From positions 1 through 64,000 of the IMG/VR virus record IMGVR_UViG_3300032287_003559: 64,000 nt of DNA. One strand, 5' to 3'. Every line of letters begins with the position of its first letter. Within the stretch, counting starts at the first letter, position 1. Under the pieces are notes generated by a model, which saw nothing but the letters and a program-made list of their open reading frames with translations, had not been told where the DNA came from and ran no database searches. The translations under genes and the position numbers were made by a program. Source of the DNA: a virus. Below are positions 56,988-64,000 of the stretch, in pieces.

Positions 56988-59124
56988 AGACCTTGTAGTA
57001 GAGCACAAGAAGGTTGAGACTGCCTGCTTTAACGTTCATACGAGGGTTTTGACTCTTCCGATGTGGGAGCGTGCTTCTGGGACCGTCTACGACCTTCTGG
57101 TGGGGCATGAGGTTGGACATGCACTCTTTACCCCCGATGAGGATTGGACTGAAACTGTAAAGGTTCCTCCGCAGTTTGTGAATGTGGTTGAGGATGCTCG
57201 CATTGAGAAACTGATGAAGCGTAAGTATGCTGGACTTGCTAAAACTTTCTTCTCTGGTTATAAAGAACTGAACGAAGAAGATTTCTTTCAACTTGAAGAT
57301 GAAGATGTTTCCAAGTTTAATCTTGCTGACAGGGCAAACCTTTATTTTAAGGTAGGTAATTTTCTTTCTCTTGAGTTTACTGCTAAAGAGAAGGAGATTA
57401 TTGACCTGATTGCAGTTTCTGAAAGTTTTGCAGACGTTCTGATTGCTGCAGAAGAACTTTACAAGTATTGTAAGAAAGAAAAGGAACAAGAAAAGGTTGA
57501 TGAGATTGAAACTCAACAACCTCAAGGTTCTGCAACTTCTCCTACTGAGAATCAATCGGATGAAGGTGAAGGTGATAGTGAAGAAGAAGGTAAAGCAAAT
57601 AAACCCGATACAAATGGTGAGTTGGATGAAAACAAATCTTCCGATAGTAGTCAGCAATCTACTTCTTCTAATGTGAGTGTAGATGAAGAACCTGAAATCA
57701 AGACTGTAGATAATCTTGAGGATAAAATCCGTGAGCTTGTAAGTAAAGATGGATATGAGAATGTCTATGTTGAAGTTCCGAAAGTAAATCTGGAAACGAT
57801 TATCGGCAAGAACTCTGAGATTCATAAAGAGATTACTGGTGCTTTTAATCAGCAACAGAACTCTTACAATGAGTGTAACAACACCACTTCAGTTGATTTG
57901 TTTAAAGAAGCAGATACTTCTTTCCGTCAGTTTAAAGTTTCCGCTCAAAAGGAAGTGAACTATCTGGTGAAAGAGTTTGAGTGCCGTAAGTCTGCGGATT
58001 CTTATGCTCGTGCATCTACTGCTCGCACTGGAGTTCTTGATACTGCTCGTCTTCATTCTTACAAGTTCAGTGAGGATTTGTTTAAGAAAGTGACTGTGCT
58101 TCCTGATGGTAAAAATCATGGACTGATTTTCATTCTGGATTGGTCGGGTTCTATGGCTAATGTTCTTCTGGATACTTGCAAGCAACTCTTTAATCTGATT
58201 TGGTTCTGTAAGAAAGTTTCTATTCCTTTTGAGGTTTATGCTTTCACAAATGAATGGCGACGTAACGCATATGATTATGAAACTGGGAAACATGTTGCAG
58301 CAGACCGTACCTCTCACTATGAAAAGAAAGAAGGTGTGTTTTGTATTGATGAAGACTTTGCCTTGATGAATATTCTCACCAGCAAGGTTTCTGGTAACGA
58401 ACTGGAAAAGCAACTGATGAATATTTGGCGTCTTGCTGTGTATTTTGGAGATACTTATCACACTCCTTATACTTGTCCTTCTCGTCTATATTTGTCTGGA
58501 ACTCCTCTAAATGAAAGTTTGGTTGCTCTGCATCAAATTCTTCCCAAGTTTCAAAGTGAGAATAAACTGCAGAAGGTTCAGTGCGTGATTCTGACTGATG
58601 GTGAAGCAAACGTTCTTCCTTATCATAAAGAAGTGAAGCGTGCTTGGGAAAAACAACCTTATCTTGGAGTTCATGGTATTGGTTCCAATTCTTTTCTGCG
58701 AGATAGGAAACTTGGAACTACCTATAAACTGGATGGTGTTTATCAGGGATATCATAAGTTCACTGATGTGATGCTTCTCAATCTTCGTGATAAGTTTCCT
58801 TTTACAAACTTCATTGGTATTCGGGTTCTTTCCAGCCGTGACGCATATCGCTTCATTAGTCTCTATCATTCTGCTTCTGATGAAGACTATAAGCAGTACA
58901 TTAAAATTCAGGATGATTGGAAGAAACTGAAGAGTTTCACGATTACCAAATCTGGATATCACGCTTACTTTGGTCTTTCTTCCTCTGCTCTGTCTCAAGA
59001 TGCTGAGTTTGATGTTTCAGAATCTGCAACAAAAGCACAAATCAAATCTGCTTTTGTGAAGTCTCTGAAGACTAAGAAACTTAACAAAAAGGTTCTTGGT
59101 GAGTTCATTTCTCTTGTTGCATAA
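56935..59124 (+). CDS. Metallopeptidase-like plus VWA domain protein (CobT-like partner of the AAA ATPase)
   Basis: HEVGH...NVVEDARIE; acidic linker; MIDAS DWSGS...GTPL...LTDGE. Confidence 0.85.
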   Translation: MAVNHEIKSQLAKLLATEDLVVEHKKVETACFNVHTRVLTLPMWERASGTVYDLLVGHEVGHALFTPDEDWTETVKVPPQFVNVVEDARIEKLMKRKYAGLAKTFFSGYKELNEEDFFQLEDEDVSKFNLADRANLYFKVGNFLSLEFTAKEKEIIDLIAVSESFADVLIAAEELYKYCKKEKEQEKVDEIETQQPQGSATSPTENQSDEGEGDSEEEGKANKPDTNGELDENKSSDSSQQSTSSNVSVDEEPEIKTVDNLEDKIRELVSKDGYENVYVEVPKVNLETIIGKNSEIHKEITGAFNQQQNSYNECNNTTSVDLFKEADTSFRQFKVSAQKEVNYLVKEFECRKSADSYARASTARTGVLDTARLHSYKFSEDLFKKVTVLPDGKNHGLIFILDWSGSMANVLLDTCKQLFNLIWFCKKVSIPFEVYAFTNEWRRNAYDYETGKHVAADRTSHYEKKEGVFCIDEDFALMNILTSKVSGNELEKQLMNIWRLAVYFGDTYHTPYTCPSRLYLSGTPLNESLVALHQILPKFQSENKLQKVQCVILTDGEANVLPYHKEVKRAWEKQPYLGVHGIGSNSFLRDRKLGTTYKLDGVYQGYHKFTDVMLLNLRDKFPFTNFIGIRVLSSRDAYRFISLYHSASDEDYKQYIKIQDDWKKLKSFTITKSGYHAYFGLSSSALSQDAEFDVSESATKAQIKSAFVKSLKTKKLNKKVLGEFISLVA

Positions 59125-59151
59125 ATACCTAAAAAGTATTTCTGCGTAAAA

Positions 59152-60000
59152 ATGAGAACCTATCAAGAATTTGTTTCTGAAATGACCTATGGTAGAGGTC
59201 GTGGACCAATCGGTAGAGCAGATAGGAACAGTGGTAGAAATCGTTATCTGGGGTCTCCTACACCAGAACAGGAAAGAGAAAACAAATCTGCAGCAGATAA
59301 AGCTGCTGCAGATGCTGTTGCAAAATTAAGAAGAGCAAGAGCAAGAGAAATGAAGGAAGAGGTAGAACTTGATGAAGGTATGACGATGAAGGACTTTAAG
59401 GCAAATCGTCAGAAGAATAAAAGAAGAGCTGCTTCTGCCGATGCTGTGAAGAGAGGTCATGTAGGTAAGGAATGGTATAACAGCGGTAGAAAGTATTCTC
59501 CAGATGAAGCAAAGAGAATGCGTTCAAAACTGGATGATGAAGAAAGACGTACAAGACATCGTAGTGCTGTAGAACCTGATAATGAGAGTGATGATAACTT
59601 CTCTGCAGACAAGACGAAGAATCCAAAGAAACTCCGTAAGCAAAAAGCGATGGGAGAACTTGGTGAAGCATTAGATAAAAAATTCGATTCTATGAGAAGT
59701 CGTGGTGGAAGAAGTGCTCCTCCAGAAGAGCGTTCTGTTGGTGGCGAAATGAATAGAAAAAGTAAGGATTATTGGGCGGATACTTTAGGTAAGAATAGAG
59801 ATAGAGGAAAGGGTAGTAAAGCAAAAAGAAGAGCTGCGGCACTTGGGGAGGATAACGTTCAGGAGTTATTCATTACAAGAAAATCTCCAGAACAAAAAGC
59901 AGATGAGGCAAGAAAGAAAAAAGTAGCAACACTCATTCGTTTAATGCAACACGCAAAAGACCCTGCTGCTGATGTTGCTAAGTCCAAAAAGGAAGGTTGA
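59152..60000 (+). CDS. Basic late protein with a T4-type capsid-targeting sequence (putative internal head protein)
   Basis: N-terminus MRTYQEFVSE versus T4 internal-protein leader MKTYQEFIAE; ATAAATA at 59121. Confidence 0.7.
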   Translation: MRTYQEFVSEMTYGRGRGPIGRADRNSGRNRYLGSPTPEQERENKSAADKAAADAVAKLRRARAREMKEEVELDEGMTMKDFKANRQKNKRRAASADAVKRGHVGKEWYNSGRKYSPDEAKRMRSKLDDEERRTRHRSAVEPDNESDDNFSADKTKNPKKLRKQKAMGELGEALDKKFDSMRSRGGRSAPPEERSVGGEMNRKSKDYWADTLGKNRDRGKGSKAKRRAAALGEDNVQELFITRKSPEQKADEARKKKVATLIRLMQHAKDPAADVAKSKKEG

Positions 60001-60004
60001 TGGA

Positions 60005-60059
60005 CCAGTTGCTGAACTGACTACTCGGGGTCTCTAGGACCCCTTTTTTGTCCTATAAT
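60005..60059 (+). promoter_or_regulatory. Hairpin-type phage promoter; the hairpin plus T6 may double as a terminator
   Basis: CCAGTT-gctg-AACTG, stem GGGGTC/GACCCC, TTGTCC-TATAAT. Confidence 0.7.
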
Positions 60060-60087
60060 AACTTCAGTGAAACAAACCACTCACATC

Positions 60088-61215
60088 ATGACTCGCACTA
60101 AAATGACTGACGACCAAATCCTTGAGGACCTCAAAAATACTTTTGGAAAAGAATTCACTGCTGCCGATGTTCGCGGATACTGTGCTGCTAAAAGCATCTC
60201 CTATCAAACTGTTACTAAGCGACTGGAGCAGTTTAAAGTTGGTCGTGGTAAGTGGAATCTGGAAGTGACTCAAAAGAAAGTGGAAGAAATCGAACGTTCC
60301 TTTAATTCCGTTGCTGTTCTTCCTGAAGTACATCAAAACCTCATTCCTGATAAAGATGATACCTTCGTCAAGTTTGGTAACTTTAACGATATTAAAAAGA
60401 TTATTCAGTCCCGTCTCTTTTATCCTACGTTCATTACGGGTCTTTCGGGTAACGGTAAAACGTTCAGTGTGGAGCAAGCGTGTGCTCAGCTTAAGCGTGA
60501 ACTCATTCGTGTAAATATTACGATTGAGACTGATGAGGATGATTTGATTGGTGGTTTTCGTCTTGTGAACGGTGAGACTGCCTGGCACAATGGTCCTGTG
60601 ATTGAGGCACTTGAGCGTGGTGCGATTCTGCTTCTGGACGAGATTGACCTTGCTTCCAATAAGATTCTTTGCCTCCAGTCTGTTCTTGAGGGTAAAGGTG
60701 TCTTCCTCAAGAAGATTGGTCGTTTTGTAAAACCTGCCGCTGGATTCAACGTGATTGCTACTGCAAACACGAAGGGTAAGGGTTCTGATGACGGACGCTT
60801 TATTGGTACTAACGTTCTCAATGAGGCATTCTTGGAACGCTTCCCTGTGACCTTCGAACAGTCTTATCCTGCTCCTGCAGTAGAGCAGAAGATTCTGGAA
60901 TGTATTGCTCTGGACCTAGGTGTGGAAGACCGCGACTTCTGTAAGCGTCTGGTTGACTGGGGTGATATCATCCGTAAGACCTTCTACGATGGTGGTATTG
61001 AGGAAATCATCAGCACCCGCCGACTGGTTCATATCATCCGTGCTTACAGCATCTTTGGTGATAAAGCTAAAGCGATTCAAGTTTGTGTGAATCGTTTTGA
61101 TGATGAAACTAAGCAAGCATTCTTGGAACTGTATGATAAAGTTGATGTTGACTTTGTGATGCCTAGTAATGAGATGCAGGTTGAGGGTCTTCTTGACGAA
61201 CAACCTCAATCTTGA
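60088..61215 (+). CDS. cobS: MoxR/CobS-like AAA+ ATPase
   Basis: GLSGNGKT, LLLDEID, ATANTKGKG, LNEAFLERF, ISTRRL. Confidence 0.85.
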   Translation: MTRTKMTDDQILEDLKNTFGKEFTAADVRGYCAAKSISYQTVTKRLEQFKVGRGKWNLEVTQKKVEEIERSFNSVAVLPEVHQNLIPDKDDTFVKFGNFNDIKKIIQSRLFYPTFITGLSGNGKTFSVEQACAQLKRELIRVNITIETDEDDLIGGFRLVNGETAWHNGPVIEALERGAILLLDEIDLASNKILCLQSVLEGKGVFLKKIGRFVKPAAGFNVIATANTKGKGSDDGRFIGTNVLNEAFLERFPVTFEQSYPAPAVEQKILECIALDLGVEDRDFCKRLVDWGDIIRKTFYDGGIEEIISTRRLVHIIRAYSIFGDKAKAIQVCVNRFDDETKQAFLELYDKVDVDFVMPSNEMQVEGLLDEQPQS

Positions 61216-61221
61216 TAGAAT
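61193..61221 (+). promoter_or_regulatory. Sigma70-type promoter for the clamp/loader operon
   Basis: TTGACG-N17-TAGAAT with extended -10 TG. Confidence 0.7.
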
Positions 61222-61260
61222 ATAAGGAGGTAAATGTGCCTCCTCTTTTGTCCTTTTACT

Positions 61261-61707
61261 ATGAAAATTATGCCCGAAAACTTTGAGAGCACTTATAAAG
61301 ATTCTATTGCTAACTATTGGTGTGATGATGGAATTAGTTTCACTGGAAATCCTAACTACGCTCCCGATACTATTACCTTTAATTTGAATATGCCCGAAGA
61401 TACAAACAAAAACGGTTTCTGGAAATATGAGGAAGATAAAACTCTGAAGCAAGTCGAAGAGTATCTTGTTAGTACATACAAATCCCACTATACTTCCGAA
61501 CAGTCTAAAACTCAAACTCTTGATTTGATTGAAAGTATTGGTGACGCTGAACCATTTACTCGCTCAAATGCTATCAAATATCTTTCTCGTTTTGGGAAAA
61601 AGAATGGTAAATCCAAACAAGATATTCTAAAAGCAATTCATTATTGCATTCTTCTTTATCATTTTGCTGGTCTTCACAAGAACAAATCTGACCAATATAA
61701 CTACTGA
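61261..61707 (+). CDS. DUF3310-like protein
   Basis: STYKSHY, NAIKYLSRFGKKNG...DILKAIHY; start uncertain (61234, 61261 or later). Confidence 0.7.
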   Translation: MKIMPENFESTYKDSIANYWCDDGISFTGNPNYAPDTITFNLNMPEDTNKNGFWKYEEDKTLKQVEEYLVSTYKSHYTSEQSKTQTLDLIESIGDAEPFTRSNAIKYLSRFGKKNGKSKQDILKAIHYCILLYHFAGLHKNKSDQYNY

Positions 61708-61712
61708 TTATT

Positions 61713-62378
61713 ATGAAACTCTCTGATAAAACCCTTACGCTTCTTAAGAATTTTTCTTCTATCAACCAGTCTATTCTTTTTAAAGAAGGAAACTCTCTTC
61801 GTACTATTTCTGTAATGAAGAATATTCTCGCTGAAGCAACAATTGAAGAAGAACTTCCTAAAGACTTTGGTATCTATGATCTTAATCAGTTTCTGAATGG
61901 TCTAAATCTTCATCAGAATGCTGAACTTGATTTTGAGAACGATAATTATGTTGTTATCCGCGAAGGAAAGTCTCGCTCAAAGTATTTCTTTGCAGATCCT
62001 AATGTAATTGTTACTCCTCCGGATAAAAATATTTCTCTTCCATCCGAAGATGTTTGTTTCATTCTTGATACCAAAGAACTTGATAAACTACTCAAGGCTG
62101 CTGGTGTATATCAACTTCCAGATCTTTCTGTGGTTGGTGAAGCAGGTGTAGTGAAACTAGTTGTTCGTGATAAGAAAAACGATACATCTAATGATTTTTC
62201 TATTGTTGTTGGGGAGACTGATGAAGTCTTTACTTTCAACTTCAAAGTGGAAAATATCAAAATTCTTCCTGGTTCCTATGAAGTTGTGATTTCATCTAAA
62301 CTTTTGTCGCGATTTAAGAATACTGGATATGATGTGCAGTATTATATTGCTCTAGAGCCTGATTCAACATTCGGATGA
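61713..62378 (+). CDS. g45: Sliding clamp gp45
   Basis: MKLS..TL.LLKNFSSINQSI, FGIYDLNQFL, YYIALEPDS. Confidence 0.95.
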   Translation: MKLSDKTLTLLKNFSSINQSILFKEGNSLRTISVMKNILAEATIEEELPKDFGIYDLNQFLNGLNLHQNAELDFENDNYVVIREGKSRSKYFFADPNVIVTPPDKNISLPSEDVCFILDTKELDKLLKAAGVYQLPDLSVVGEAGVVKLVVRDKKNDTSNDFSIVVGETDEVFTFNFKVENIKILPGSYEVVISSKLLSRFKNTGYDVQYYIALEPDSTFG

Positions 62379-62884
62379 ATATCTTTGTAACAAGTGAATA
62401 TCCTGCAGAGAGTGCTATCTGTCTTCCCGACAAGCACATTGTCAAAATGCCTTTAGAATGTTGCCAAATGCTTTCTATTGTATCATCTAAATGGTATCAC
62501 AACTACGGACCTCTTCTTAAGGCAGACAATACTCCCTACAGTACAGAGAAGGGTGCCTTTCGCAACCATCCTTGTACAAAATGGGCAGCAGAGAGTATTC
62601 ATAATGCCTACTGGCTGATTAAGCATGGTCTTAATCTTTGTGATGAATATACTCTACGTTATGGTAAGGTTCATTCCTGTTACAAGACACTCGTAGATGC
62701 CTTTTATTTGTTTCCCCGTGGTAAAATTAATAAGGTAGAAAACTTTGTTCGTGCTATGCCTGATGAGTATAAACTTGACACAAGCATTGACACTTTTACT
62801 GCTTACAAGATGTATATCGCATCCAAACCTTGGGTTGCATCTAATTATCTTCGTATGCCAGAACGAAAACCTGAATGGATTTGA
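62375..62884 (+). CDS. Pyrimidine-dimer DNA glycosylase / DenV-related protein
   Basis: MNIF...DKHIVKMPLE..QML...NHPCTKW...LCDEYT.RYGK.H. Confidence 0.7.
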   Translation: MNIFVTSEYPAESAICLPDKHIVKMPLECCQMLSIVSSKWYHNYGPLLKADNTPYSTEKGAFRNHPCTKWAAESIHNAYWLIKHGLNLCDEYTLRYGKVHSCYKTLVDAFYLFPRGKINKVENFVRAMPDEYKLDTSIDTFTAYKMYIASKPWVASNYLRMPERKPEWI

Positions 62885-62886
62885 TT

Positions 62887-63831
62887 ATGACAAGTGAATT
62901 TCTTTATGTGGAAAAGTACCGTCCTCAAGTGATTGAGGATTGTATTCTTCCCGATGATACTAAAAAAACTTTTAAGGAGTTTGTGGAGAAGGGTGAGATC
63001 CCAAATCTACTTCTTGCAGGACCTCCTGGTATTGGTAAAACTACAATCGCAAAAGCATTATGTAATGAATTGGGGGCAGACTATTATGTCATCAACGGAT
63101 CCGACGAAGGACGTTTCTTGGATACTGTACGGAACCAAGCGAAGAACTTCGCTTCGACCGTTTCACTTACGGGATCTTCTAAACACAAAGTTATCATCAT
63201 CGACGAAGCTGATAACACAGGCAACGACGTACAACTCTTACTACGGGCAAATATTGAGGCATTTTATAACAACTGCCGATTCATCTTTACCTGCAACTAT
63301 AAGAATAAGATTATTGAACCTCTGCACTCCCGTTGTGCCGTCATTGACTTCACAATCAAAGGCAAACAAAAGCAGCAACTTGCAGGAGCATTCTTCAAAC
63401 GTCTCCAAACAATCTTGGATCAGGAAAGGATTGAATATGACCAAAAAGTTCTTGCGGAATTGGTATCTAAGCACTTCCCAGACTTCCGCAGAGTCCTTAA
63501 TGAATGTCAAAGATATTCAACTGGAGGAAAGATCGACACTGGCATTCTTGCATCTTTCTCAGACATCTCAGTAAATGAACTCATCAAGAATCTCAAAGAG
63601 AAAAACTTCACCGAAGTACGCAAGTGGGTGGTCTCCAACTTGGACAACGATGCTACTAGTTTACTTCGTAGGGTGTATGACTCCTGTTATGATTGCCTTT
63701 CACCCCAATCTATCCCTGCTGCCGTTCTTGTTATTGCTAAGTATCAATACCAATGTGCGTTCGTGGCTGATCAGGAAATTAACCTCCTAGCAGCATTGAC
63801 TGAACTGATGTGTGAGTGTGAATTCAAATGA
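62887..63831 (+). CDS. g44: Clamp loader large subunit gp44
   Basis: VEKYRP, GPPGIGKTT, IIIDEAD, PLHSRC, FPDFRR; start 62875 or 62887. Confidence 0.95.
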   Translation: MTSEFLYVEKYRPQVIEDCILPDDTKKTFKEFVEKGEIPNLLLAGPPGIGKTTIAKALCNELGADYYVINGSDEGRFLDTVRNQAKNFASTVSLTGSSKHKVIIIDEADNTGNDVQLLLRANIEAFYNNCRFIFTCNYKNKIIEPLHSRCAVIDFTIKGKQKQQLAGAFFKRLQTILDQERIEYDQKVLAELVSKHFPDFRRVLNECQRYSTGGKIDTGILASFSDISVNELIKNLKEKNFTEVRKWVVSNLDNDATSLLRRVYDSCYDCLSPQSIPAAVLVIAKYQYQCAFVADQEINLLAALTELMCECEFK

Positions 63832-64000
63832 AATCTCTTAAGACACCGTTGCGCTATCCTGGAGGCAAGTCCCGTGCTTGCGTCAAAATGGATCCATACT
63901 TCCCAGATCTCCGTAACTATGATGAGTTTCGTGAACCATTCTTGGGTGGTGGTTCTGTTGCTATTCACGTTACAAAGAAATATCCTTTTCTTAAGATTTG
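63828..64000 (+). CDS. dam: DNA adenine methyltransferase (D12/Dam class), 5' partial
   Basis: Translated manually: MKSLKTPLRYPGGKSRA...EPFLGGGSV; runs off the window end. Confidence 0.88.
   Translation, partial: MKSLKTPLRYPGGKSRACVKMDPYFPDLRNYDEFREPFLGGGSVAIHVTKKYPFLKI

Noticed and set aside
56917-58998. Long minus-strand ORFs (312, 190 and 163 aa)
   Set aside because: Antisense shadows of the VWA-peptidase gene, explained by codon bias; F/L/I-rich with no motifs
60088-61215. cobS as a true cobalamin-biosynthesis auxiliary metabolic gene
   Set aside because: No other cob genes in the window, and the partner has a peptidase-VWA architecture; a generic MoxR-type role is more parsimonious
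62933-63790. Alternative-frame + strand ORFs (213 and 71 aa) inside g44
   Set aside because: Fully nested in a conserved gene; no SD or recognisable domain

Overview
This window is a 64 kb segment of a T4-like myovirus genome. It most resembles cyanophages (Kyanoviridae-type gene order, a cyanobacterial DUF3110-like gene, a CobS/VWA pair); the host assignment is inference, and no photosynthesis genes lie in the window. All credible genes are on the + strand. (i) 1-5.2 kb is an accessory, probably early region of about 22 tiny ORFs plus an HNH endonuclease, punctuated by a 38-bp promoter-containing direct repeat (four full copies and one partial) and a structured non-coding gap at 3.3-3.8 kb. 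(ii) 5.2-7.4 kb is a junction with a hairpin promoter, a C10 tract, A-tract palindromes and a GT-A glycosyltransferase-like gene flanked by two small paralogs. (iii) 7.4-50.8 kb is the late structural module: g25, g6, a 4110-aa g7-like protein, g8, VrlC-like, g13-g23 and g3, with repeated (A/C)TAAATA late promoters. (iv) 50.8-64 kb holds recombination and replication genes: uvsY, uvsW, g55, g47, g46, VWA-peptidase, CobS-like AAA, g45, DenV-like, g44 and a partial dam. The most interesting signals are: a G-[IVLF]-[GAST]-[ST]-T micro-motif spread over most virion proteins near a glycosyltransferase (possible virion glycosylation tag); the repeat-bounded early gene-cassette array ending in an HNH gene; a late gene with a T4-like capsid-targeting sequence and polyprotein-like layout; helically phased C-tracts between divergent promoters; and a consensus-like antisense promoter overlapping the g55 promoter. 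Family calls come from recalled motifs and synteny, not from database searches. No tRNA, rRNA or CRISPR array was found.
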